NCBI RefSeq assembly: GCF_006345805.1
Contig: NC_043021.1
Coordinates: forward strand, 23,560,001-23,624,000
DNA length: 64,000 nucleotides
Source of the DNA: Octopus sinensis
Lineage: Eukaryota
Direction of reading: 5' to 3'
The notes under the pieces: model-generated
Told to the model about the DNA's origin: nothing
The model's database searches: none
Seen by the model: only the letters and a program-made list of their open reading frames with translations
Program-made: the position numbers and the translations under genes
Shown here: positions 13,385 through 24,940 of the stretch, one piece after another
Position numbering within the stretch: position 1 is the first letter of the stretch
Layout: the number at the start of each line of letters is the position of its first letter

Positions 13385-13476
13385 TCACTTTCCTGAGGAG
13401 AAGATTGCATTGTTTATACCATTTATTCTTTTGAATAGTATCAGTGGAATTTTCGAAACATGTGTCGAAAGTAAAA
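13385..13476 (+). ncRNA. Type I hammerhead ribozyme in the PLE pseudo-LTR
   Basis: ACUUUC-CUGAGGA (13393-13399), stem II of about 55 nt, GAAA (13455-13458), ACAUGUGU, GUC at 13464-13466, GAAAGU closing a 6-bp stem I. Confidence 0.8.
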
Positions 13477-13672
13477 ATATTTGATTACACCTGCGTTAAC
13501 TCCATTTTTTTATTCATATTATTCAAAATATTCAACGTAAACACGAAGTTTCTACCTTTATAAACAAGAAGTTACAACACCCTTACTTGTGAGATTTTTG
13601 CTGCCCTGGTAACTATTTATTTATTTTTTCCGTGTTAATCGTTAACAAGGTAAAAATACACTCATCTATTTT

Positions 13673-13776
<104 letters not shown>

Positions 13777-14245
13777 CTTTATATGTTTTGTTCGTATTTG
13801 GATATATGCATATACTTGTGGAATTACAATTATTTTGACGCCAAGCTAGATTCATTGGTCAATGGTTTTATAAATTCCAGATAAAAACTTATCCAGATTG
13901 GAGGGATGGCAAAGTGGGATGGAGTCATGCTTGAAATTTCGAAGTATGAATTGTTGCTTTGCGAGGGGATTAAGTTTTCTCACTAATATTTAAAACATTC
14001 ACTGATTAGGAGATTTAGATCTTCAGTAACGCAGAGGTCGCTTCTGCTGCTCCGTCCCTTGTATTTACTGCACAGAATTGTGTAAGGCTCAGAATATAAG
14101 AGATTTACAGATGAGAGACCCGCACTCAACAGAATCACAGCATGCAAAACGTACATATATACGCTCTTATACATCCATCCATTCACACAAGTGTGTGTGT
14201 GTTTATATATATATATGTATATATGTATGTATGTATACATCAATG

Positions 14246-14276
<31 letters not shown>

Positions 14277-14849
14277 ATACATACAATTTACGGAGATGTA
14301 CTTGCATAACAAGTGACTTGATCTGAGGTCGTGTACTGAAACAAAGAAATTGCAGCGTGGAAGAAGTTTATAAGACATTTAAGAACACACAAAACACCGT
14401 TAGCTTCACTTCAACATTTAAATTTAATTTTTTGTCAAAATAATTTCGTGTGTTTATAAAAATGTACATACGCATAAATTACTCTTCAAAACTATTAAGC
14501 AAGGGCACTATTTTTTTTTTCTGGCGTACTATACTCCTCAAAATCATGACACTCACCTCTAGTTAGGAAATGGAATTAAAGAAGGCATTGCAATATTCAA
14601 ATTTATTGAAATCCAAAAATAAATTGGATAATAATTAAGAAAAATCATACAGTTCCAGAACCTGCCCCTTTCAAAATTATAATGTCTGATTAGATAATGT
14701 TGCAAAAATGATGCAAAACTGGGAAATTATGATATATTTCAATGATATTCTCTTGCAGTGCCTCAAAAATAATGTGCTTGACCACCACTTTTCTGAATTA
14801 CTTCAGACATGCGATTTCATGCTCCCAATGAACTTCTGCACTATCCATA

Positions 14850-15550
14850 AAATGGAAGCCAGCATTTTGTAGGATCACCGCATAACAATTCGGCAACTAG
14901 CCCAAGAAATGAAGATAAGAGCAGAGTCCGTGGAAAAAGTCATTCATGACCATTTGCACATGCGAGAGTTGTCTGCACGATGGATCACCGGATGATCACG
15001 TCTTTCAGAAGCAGGAACGAGGCAATTGCGCCCATGCTCTTTTGACAATGTCAAGAAAACGAGGAGGACTTTTGCAGTAGACTTATCACACAGGATGAAA
15101 CATGGGTCCATCACTATGATTCTGAGACTAAAGTCCAGTCGAGGCAATGGGAACCACAATTAACTGGGCATATTATGCTTTTCTGCTGCAGAAACTGCGG
15201 GACAGCATCGAAGCAGAGGCGTGGCATACTGACCAAAAAATCCCGCCTCCTGTAAGACAATGCCTGTTCACAATGTGCATGTTGTTCAGATAGAAGCAAA
15301 CTCCTGCAGCTGCGAAATCCTTCCTCACCCCCTTATTCTCCCGACCTCGCACCATCGGACTTCCACCTCTTTCCAAACAAGAAATCTTTTTTGAAGGGGA
15401 AGCATTTTTCGGATGATGAACTTATTTCCGAGGTAAAGTCTTAGTTCCAGACGCAACCTACCAACTTCTACAGACGACGTTTTCACAGCTGCATAAAGCG
15501 ATGTGAGAGGTGTGTTTCCATAGGTGGTGGCCATGTAGAGAAAGGCTAAT
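14850..15550 (+). mobile_element. Decayed mariner transposase
   Basis: Frameshifted fragments ITIRQLAQEM, QDETWVHHYD, PPYSPDLAPSDFHLFP. Confidence 0.85.
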
Positions 15551-15719
15551 AATTATGCCAAGTTTCGTTTATCCCAGTCTTTGAGATGTGGGTCGGGAGA
15601 AATCTATAATGAACACCCTCCGTATATATTATACTATATGCATGTGTGGGTATAACAAAGATAATAAAGATATTTAATCTATCTATCTATCCATGTATCT
15701 GTCTGTCTGTCTATCTATG

Positions 15720-15793
<74 letters not shown>

Positions 15794-16409
15794 CTCACAC
15801 ATTTATATACTCATCAAAAGCCCATATGAAAGGTTGTCTTATGGTAATTATTGTGACTTTCGTAGTATTTTGTGTTCTGAAACAACATCCACTTTTAAGT
15901 AGGAATAAATATTACCTTTCGATATTAATACTGCTTTTCAAAATAGTAATTAATTCTTAATAAGCCCACTGGCTATTCTCAACGCCAATGCCTGGTTAGG
16001 TACTGTGATTCTATGTATATCGTTTGCAGAGATATCGCTGTAATCTCCAGGGTAGGAGCGTCTACCATCCACAAAACCAGGGATAGCCAAAATCCCGCGA
16101 TCTGGTAGTCTTAGCGGTGTCGAGGGCGAGTGATTTAGCTCCTCGCTCACGTTATAAAGAAGAGTGAATTTACGCACCGAAAATCAATATGAGAATTTCT
16201 CTCATGATAACTCTCGCAGTATTTTGTGTCCTAACACAACGTCCACTTTTAACAGAGTGATGCACACAAGTTTCCAAGCAGCTAAGACGAACTTAGTAAC
16301 AATAGTCCTGTCCTGTCACGTCTCTACATTTGTATTTGTCCCCTCTGTATTCAGCCCTGTGTAGCCAATAATGAAAGTTATCTACCTATCTATCTATCTA
16401 TCTATCTAC

Positions 16410-16464
<55 letters not shown>

Positions 16465-16816
16465 CCACTTACATAGAAAATAGATAGCAGCCGATTTTGT
16501 CAGTGTTGCTTTGAATTGTATTTATCGCATTGTGCTTAAGTAAACGCAGCACTTCCATATTTTTTCTAAACAACAGATGCAATGACACCAAATGATGGAA
16601 AGCAACTCTATGAATACACAGGTTCCTGAATATCCCTGCGTGAATGCTGAATAATATTGAAGACAGTTGATGGATGGGTCTTCCCCTCTCTCTTTTTCAT
16701 TTTTCCTCTATGAAACATGAGTTACATTTATCTGTAAATTACATCAATTAATATATGATAGTTTGACAGCTTGGCCGAGAAGTACCACCTTTGAATATAT
16801 AACTGCGTAAACATGC

Positions 16817-16907
<91 letters not shown>

Positions 16908-17084
16908 ATGCATACACATATACATGCATATTTATACATATATACACTTCCATAGGTAAATGTATATATATATATATGCATATATATATACATACATATA
17001 GGTATATATATGTGTATAAATATATATACATATATATATATGTGTGTGTGTGTGTGTATGTGAGTCTTTATGTTTATGTATATG

Positions 17085-17145
<61 letters not shown>

Positions 17146-17309
17146 GGACAAACTCTTGCATATCTATATATGACTGCATGATAGCGGGAGAGAGCTAAAC
17201 GGAACCACTGACAGCCGACACCATCAATAGACTTGGAGAAAAGATAGCAACATCACGTCGTTAGCAACAGAGGACATTAAATCTAAGTGAAGAGAAAGAA
17301 GTACGAAGT

Positions 17310-17415
17310 ATGTGGAAGCTTTTCTCAATTATTTTACTGCAATGGGCATTAACCTCTCAAGGATTTTATTTTCGGACTGAACTCGATTGGGAAGCAGAGC
17401 AAAAACCCCAAAAAG
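17310..17415 (+). CDS. Stanniocalcin-like secreted protein, copy B, exon 1 (signal peptide)
   Basis: ATG at 17310 gives [35 protein letters not shown] plus 1 nt, then donor AAG|GTTAGT. Hydrophobic signal peptide. The same 106-nt exon is intact in three copies. Confidence 0.85.
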
Positions 17416-17438
17416 GTTAGTGTATTGCAGTATGACCG

Positions 17439-17710
<272 letters not shown>

Positions 17711-17965
17711 CATATATATAAATTTATATAAATAAGGATATGATCGTTATTTAAATATCGATCTATCAAGTGGCCAGGATAGGAATAAAATCCTTCAAAG
17801 GTAATAATTATTATTAAAATTATGATTTAGGATATTCAAGAGATACCAACACGCTGGAAATAGCAGCCAAAAGTTGACTCTACATTAAATGTTCTTACAA
17901 CACTAGGAGAGAAGACAAAAAGACAAAAATATACTAGCAAAAAATTTATTTTGCCTTTTTGTCGT

Positions 17966-18012
17966 CTCACTTGATGAGAGGCTGGAGGGTACATCAGCCG
18001 AAACGTTGTGTT
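17966..18012 (+). ncRNA. Degenerate hammerhead, same family as 32006-32051
   Basis: UUGAUGAGA-GGCUG-GAGGGUACAU-CAGCC-GAAACGUU-GUGUU, with C3U and one extra base. Confidence 0.55.
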
Positions 18013-18049
18013 AACAGCAAACAAGATGGGGACAAATATCTGTCAAATG

Positions 18050-19840
18050 TCTCATCTCTTAAATATAAAACTTCCTTTGATCACCCTAAACATTACCAAT
18101 GGATGGAAATTGACAACAGGTGGATCGTGCACTACAAATTATTACTGCCTAAAACACTGTAGACCCACGTTAATGTTGAATCATGTAACTCTATAAAAAG
18201 TATTAAATATGTATGCAAATACATCAATAAGAGGTCAGCTATAGCTATTTTGGGACTTGAACAGGAGAGCAGGCAGGCGGATGTAATCCAGAAAAATTGG
18301 ACAGGTATATTTCCTCTAACGAGGGCTTCGAAATTCACCATCACTCTCCAACGGTGGTGAATCTATCTGTACATCTTGAAAATGGCCAGACGCAAGCAAG
18401 TAGCATGCACTGAGGGCTGGAATGAAAATACTGTCTTTAAAAGTGGGGCCAACGGGCGGGTGTACACCGTGCCTCAACCGGAGCAGGCAGCAAAGAATCT
18501 CGTAATTGAATACTTGCGACAAGTGAGTTATTACATCGAGGAAATGACGGCGTATATAGCTGATAAAGAACACAAACTGATGGAGGACAAACACGGTGTT
18601 TATTTTGAGCATTGAAAGTGAAAGAGGTATTTTCTTTCTGAATACTCCAGGTTTAACTGGAAAGACATTTGTCATCAACCTTCTTCTGGCCATACCTCAC
18701 CTAATGAAATACATTACCAAAGCAGTGGTGTCAAGTGGAATAGATGCAACTCTGCTAAGTGGTGGCTGCACAGCTCATTCCTGTTTCAAACTCCCTTTGG
18801 ACCTGTCCCAGAAAGAGAAGGCGAACTACAACGTCAGTCGTGGTTCTATAAAAGGCAAACTTCTGAGTGAATGTATATTGATTATCTGGTATGAGACGAC
18901 AATGAGTCTTAAGGTTTCCTTTGAATCTCTTGATATGGTCCTTCAGGACCTGAGACAGGACGCCAGGCTCATAGGAGGTAACACAGCCTTGCTTGTAGGA
19001 GACTTTAGAAAAACCCTTCCCGTAGTTCCAAAGGGGACAAGAGCTGATGAGATAAGAGCTAGCATAAAGACGTCTTACTTATGGAATAGTTTGCAAAAGC
19101 TGAGACTCACAACCGACATGAGACGACTGCAGTTCAGTGTGGTGAGGATGTAGTCAGAACATTTTCAAAGCAAATATTGGGCGTCATTGCTGGCACTTCG
19201 GTTGGACATATGGTATCTGATTTAAATGAACTAGGGAATAAGGTGTTTCCTAACCGAAGGAATCGGTTTACAGACCACAACTGGCCGAACATCAATTTCT
19301 AGAACGCTTACCACGTTCGCATCACATCTACAATTCTGTTGCCACTGTACTCAACATCGATGAAGCTGAATTCTTGAATAGTCTAACACCACACGGCCTC
19401 CGACCTCACCACTTGCACTTCAAGATTGAGGCACTTGTTATGCTGCTTCGAAACTTTGATCCACCAAAGCTTTGCAATAGCACAGGATTTATGATAAAGA
19501 AGATGATGCTAACAGTCTTGGAGACAACAATCTTGACTAGTAAAGAAAGCGTTGAGCCTATATTCATTCCTAGAATTCCACTTATTCTCTTGGATATGAC
19601 TTTCCTGTACAAACGCTTGCAATTCCCGTTAAAACTGAGCTTTCCAATGAGCATTAACAAGGTCCAGGGGCATTCCATGGATGTGGTAGGTCTGAACCTT
19701 GCGGAACCAGTTTTCTCCCATGACCAACATTATGCTGGATGCTCAAGAGTCGGCAATCCTAATCATTTATTTATTTATGCCTCACAAAGAAAGACCGAAA
19801 ATGTTGTTTATCGAGAAGCTCTGCAAACTAAATAAGATTC
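18050..19840 (+). mobile_element. Decayed Helitron (Rep C-terminus and PIF1-like helicase)
   Basis: NVESCNSIKSIKYVCKYINK; PGLTGKTF; GGCTAHSCFKLP; GDFRKTLPVV; LLRNFDPPKLCN; LQFPLKLSFPMSINKVQG. Confidence 0.9.
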
Positions 19841-21289
19841 ACCAAACCACGAGGTGTTTATTATTTAACTGCAATATTTGTAATTGTTGTAAATGTATTG
19901 ATAATCTACATGTTATTTTATTTATAAATCCATGAGTAAATTTCTATGTCTACTGTAAAACTAAATGTCGGTGTCTGTTTCTACATTCATCGTAAATCTA
20001 TTTCAACACTAGCACCCCTAAGGGTTATATTCTCTGGGAACGCACAAAAGCCCTTTTCAATGTTATTTACTTTGAACTGTTTATGTCTCATATCCGATTA
20101 GCCTGTTATTACGTAACATGCTTCACGATGTTGGTATACATTCGTTATTGGTATTTCCTCATAAGTTCTGCATACTATGGGAACGCATTAAAGTCCTTTT
20201 CAGGCAACTAATTTAAAGTTTTTACGTAACTGACTTCACGGTCGTCCTTGAATGAGGCTGGCCTTCAAGCGACAAATGGCCATTCCTAAAGTGTGGAAAC
20301 CACTCGTAAACTTGTGTTTTGCTCATGGCAGCGCCCTTGTACGCTATCTGAAGCATGACAACTGTTTTGGTCGCCGTTTAACCCAGCAGAAAAAGAAGAA
20401 TCACACGGAAGCACGCTGTTCCTTCGTTTCAGCCATCGCAAAAATCGACGAACAGAGGAGAAGCACCGCAAAACAAAGACGCATCACGTGACAGTAGGAA
20501 ACAAGTCGACGACGTCGGTCGGCAGACTGATGCCTGAGAGTTGCAGCGGAAGCCCGAACTGCAACGGTTTTGTCCCACAGAGAACGTTTCCGGTTACTTT
20601 TGGGTACATCACGTATCTGTGTGTGTGTGTGTGTTTGTTCCCCCCAGCACCGCTTGACATCCAGTGTTGGTGTGTTTACGTCAGTAGCTTAGCATTTTGG
20701 CAAAAAATAGCGATAGAATGAGTACGAGGCTTAAAAAAATCAATTACTAGGATCGATATGTTCAACTACAAATTCTCTGAGGCGGTGCCCCAGTGTTGCC
20801 GTATTCTAATGACTGGAACAAGTAAAAGATACAAAACAATATGTTTCACAGTTCTTCAGGTTCTCTCTCTCTCTCTCTCTCTCGGGTCTCTGTCTCTCTG
20901 TCTCTTCCTATCTCTCCCTTACTCTCCCTCCCTCCCTCCCTCTCCCTCTGTCTGTCTGTCTGTCTATCTGTCTCTCTGAGCTTTGGTTTCCACCAAACCA
21001 CACTTTCCTTAATGTGCCAATGCATCGGTCCAGATGCGTTTTCGACTCTTCTTAGATATATTATTTTTAATGTGCCTATCCTTAACTATATTACCATTCC
21101 TTAAATATAATCAACTGATTATGAAGACAAATTTTATCCGTTCATACCGTGCCATGCTGCCGGTTAAGCTTCGTTGTAGTGATATGCCTTAGAAATATGT
21201 ATGCTTCCTCTAAATCGAACTACACGTACCTGTAATTAATACCATTCAGAAGTTTGGGTCTTCGCTTCTATATACACAGTTTTTTTGCC

Positions 21290-21997
21290 TTAGCTATCAA
21301 ATGATAGTTTATTCAAAGTAGTCGCCTTCAGTTTCCACCACTGCCTGAAGACGTCTCCGGAAGCTAGCTCATGCGTTTCTCTTGGTCACTAGCTCGCCAT
21401 TTTGCTGCCAGCGGTGCAGATGGTATCTTTCTCAACCGCACCCCACACATAATAATCCATGGTATTAAAATTGAGGGAATTAGAAGTCCAGAAATTGGTC
21501 TAGTGAAGTCGTAAAGTTGTAAAGATTCTCCGATTTCAGAATTTCCGGAGGTGTGGCAAGGAATCGAATTCTGTGGGCCACACATATGGCATTTCAGTAG
21601 AATCCTCCCCAGACAGATTTTCAACCACAGTTTCCAGCAGCTTCATATAACCGTCTGAATTGAGCCTAAGGCCCTGTTCTGGCGTGCTGGCGCAGTTAGA
21701 ACGCTTGTTGTGTCGTCCACGTCTTTGTATCTCCGTTGCAGTTGTCCGTCACTTCTTTCAGCCTTTATAATGTTCACAGAGCATTGAGCAGAAGTCATGA
21801 TGTCAGTATTCTGACACCCGGCACGAGTCGTCAATATACAAGGAACTCTTCTCTAATGTTCAAATGGCTTCCAGTCCTCCATATCAGTAAACTTTTTCTC
21901 AACATGCTCACCAACGCCGTTGACTGTTCACTGCTACATTAAGTTGTTCATGGAAAACAGAAGACATAAAAATTGTCAAATTTATCCCGAACACCCT
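21290..21997 (-). mobile_element. Tc1/mariner-type relic, duplicated at 57400-58157
   Basis: MDYYVWGAVEK motif in the second copy, HTH-like N-terminus, TIR-like end AGGGTGTTCGGGATAAATTTGACAATTTT. Confidence 0.7.
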
Positions 21998-22089
21998 ATA
22001 TGTTTGATCAGCGCCGCTTTAGAAGTAACCTCTTATACAACAATAACAACAAGAACAACATCCTACTTTTTCTTTTCTCCATTTTTCAG

Positions 22090-22247
22090 CTGTCACTAAG
22101 GAATGCCTGCAATACAGTAAGGATTTGGACTGCAGGTTCTATGAATGCTTAGAAGAAAGATTTCCCTGTGGACACGGCGTGCAAAGGGGTCAATCGCGTG
22201 CTCATTGTGTGAAAGTCAACGAAAGAGCAAATAAATTGACTGAAGTG
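22090..22247 (+). CDS. Stanniocalcin-like protein, copy B, exon 2
   Basis: Acceptor TTTTTCAG| and donor GTG|GTAGGT, 158 nt, phase 1 to 0, matching exon 1 and exon 3. Reads (A)VTKECLQYSKDLDCRFYECLEERFPCGHGVQRGQSRAHCVKVNERANKLTEV. The C-x-FY-x-CLE-x2-FPCG pattern resembles invertebrate stanniocalcin-like proteins. Confidence 0.9.
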
Positions 22248-22286
22248 GTAGGTCAAACTTCTGATTTGAATCGCGCGTGGGAAATA

Positions 22287-22336
<50 letters not shown>

Positions 22337-22675
22337 CAGGAATTGGGAAAGTGAAAGTGTGAGGGGGAGAGAAAGGGTGAGAGCATGAAGAGAGAGTTAA
22401 GAGGAAGGAGGATGTCATGTGTTATTATCATTATTATATCGTAAGGCGGCAAGCTGGCAGATACTTTAGCACGCCGAACGAAATGCTTTGCGGTATTTCG
22501 TCTGTCTTTTATCGAAAATTTATTGGTGGAATGTGTTCGTAAGTTTCTGTTAATTGTTGTCTCTCTTGTTGTGCCTATTGTTGGACTTATTGTTTAAAAA
22601 TTGTATTACAATTTTCTTTCGAAAGCTATCTGTTGTTTTTCCCTGTGGGGGAAAACATAAATTGCCGGCAAGATG

Positions 22676-23700
22676 CCGAATAGTGTGTCTTCCTCGAGTG
22701 AAGATTCATCGACCGAGCGGGGAGCAAGGAAGATAGAAAGTTTAATTTGTGGTAACATTTCTGATATTTCGGAAAATGAATCCCCAGCACTAACAAAAGT
22801 TACGGATACCAAAAGAAATATAGAAGCAAAGACCTTTGAAAATGAAGAAAGAAAAAGTTTTACGTCAGCAGCTGGTAGTGGAACGCGACAGCTGTCAACT
22901 GACAAAAAGTAATTATCGGAATACAAGGAAATGATAACAGAATGAGATGGAGTGGTAAAAGTGGAAATACCAGGAGAAGAATTAACGGAGGAAAAAACAG
23001 AAAATTATTATTTTTTAAGACATTCTGCATAAAAGCTCGTAGAATTTACAAGATATGTGAGTAAAAAATTGAAAAATTGGCAGGATATTACATATCTAGC
23101 CAGAGGGAAGAAGTTTGGAAATATTGTGGTGAGGTTCAAGAACGCAGAAACGGCAGAACAACACTCTTTAAAATCTTTAGAGTTGGAAGACACAGTGTTA
23201 ATCCCAATTTACATGGGAATGAGAACATCAAAGGTGAGAATACAAAGAATTCCACCCGGAGTAAACCCTATGTGCTTGATGGCGGCAGTCCTGGCAAACG
23301 GAGAAGATAATATTAACCTCCTGCAGGCTACCGTCACAGAGAATACATTTTGGACTGGTCAAAGGCTCAACCTCATACTGCAAGCTGACCAAAAAATTTT
23401 AGAACAGCTCCCAATGATTTAGGAAATAGGGGAGGAGGTTCTAAATATTTTTTGTAAGCCTCGATGTTTCCAGTGTGGCCAACTGGGTCACATTAAAAAT
23501 ATTGTAAAGAAGGTGAAGAAGAATCAGACGGTGAGGAGGAAGAAAGAGAGAGAAAGTGAAGGAAAAATAAACAACGAAAGGACAATGGAAGGCTCGAACC
23601 AGCAAAAGCAGAGCGATCCGAGACCAAAAGAAAAAATAATGAAAGAAACAGCCAAGAGAGATAGATCGAGGATGGCGGAGGGGGTGACGAACAGAGGAAA
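22676..23700 (+). mobile_element. L1/Tx1-like ORF1 relic (RRM-like region and zinc knuckle); partner 58827-59520 is internally deleted
   Basis: KFGNIVVRFKNAETAE...SKVRIQRIPPGV, then PRCFQCGQLGHIK with in-frame stops. Confidence 0.6.
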
Positions 23701-24125
23701 TGGCGCCAGTACGGCAAGTCTACAAAACTTCCGTATAAACAGCATTTTTAGTTTTCCTCTGGGGGATGAAGGTATGTAAACTGTTCCTACTACCCACTCT
23801 TGAGCAGCCAGCGTACAGTTAACCGTGTGAAAAGCCTGGTTCGGCTAAGTAAAGTTCAACGACAGACTGCGACTGACCTGGGACTTATTAATGGATATGA
23901 CGTAACTGAGTCTAATCGGAAACTGCACTCTGCGGAATGTGAACGGTAAGTCAGCAGCCGAAGGTTCAAGCGGAATTCGCGGTATGAAGACGTCTTGACC
24001 TTTACCACAGAAGGTCATAATCGTTGCTTCAATGACATTGGGAAATAATTTTGTGATAACAATGTGTGAACCGTTGCATAACGTCGGTGGAATTCCTTAT
24101 CAGCATAACAGGGTTAACTACTTTA
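23700..24125 (-). mobile_element. Helitron helicase C-terminal fragment, partner 59550-59975
   Basis: LCNG...VFIPRIPLEPSAADLPFTFRRVQFPIRLSY.ISINKSQ. Confidence 0.8.
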
Positions 24126-24135
24126 GGAGTAAGAA

Positions 24136-24534
24136 CTAGCGGTATCGCCCTGCGTTGCTCGGGTTTGTAAGGGAAATAACTATATAAGCATTTTTAGAGA
24201 GTTATAGCCAAGAAAAAGCAAAAAAATGCATTAAAAATGGGAAAAAAATTATGGTAAATTTTTTTTTAAATCGTTGACTCATCGTAGACATATTTAGAGA
24301 GTTACTTCCCTTATATAATAGCGAAAAAAATGCATTAAAATGGGAAAAATAATGGTACTTTATTTTTTTAAATCGTAGACTCATCGTAGACGCGCGCTAA
24401 TACCCAGAAGGGCTCCATATGAATCACGACTATAAGATACCCGGTTTTGGTTAAACTGCACTGCAAAATGTGGGAGTAGTTAGGAATCTAAATCGTAGGA
24501 GACAGACACACAACTTCTCTTTTATATATAAAGA
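24136..24534 (-). mobile_element. Non-autonomous Helitron, partner 59984-60378
   Basis: On the minus strand it begins A|TC, ends CTAG|T, and has a subterminal CCCG-AGCAACG-C(C)GGG hairpin. These are canonical Helitron termini and target. Confidence 0.8.
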
Positions 24535-24940
24535 TATGTGGAGGTACACTTGAAGGCTCCAAGGAATTCAAACTCTGACCCACACACATGCGCACAAACG
24601 AACAAAAAGAACACAGTGTGAATAACGGACAGAGTCAACAACTACTGAAAAGGTTGCAACACGAAACGAAAATTTTAGAAAAATAAAGAAGGAAATAAGT
24701 GGAACGTCTCCCGGTGAGTGTGTTAAATTATAAGGCACTAAAAGAGAATGAACCTCTCCATACACAACATAATATGCTTCAACACACGAACTCACATAAA
24801 GAATCTTGCAAACCAAATCCAAAAACGAAGTATAACTACAACTACTACCACTAAAAATAATAATAATAACAACAACAACAACAACAACAACAATAATAAT
24901 AATAATAATAATATTGATAATGATAATGATGATAATAATA

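Larger units (their letters stand above)
10050..13672 (+). mobile_element. Near full-length Penelope-like element (GLYRDD-type RT, C-terminal GIY-YIG, probably Hydra-like clade) with pseudo-LTRs
   Basis: ORFs 10455-10937 and 10941-12701 are in frame across one TAG. RT LYRDD. EN YIYQW...FYIGST...CLLC, resuming after a SINE as ...YRCKH. Direct repeat 10217-10403 = 13494-13672. Inverted copy 10050-10165 of about 13435-13510. Confidence 0.9.
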
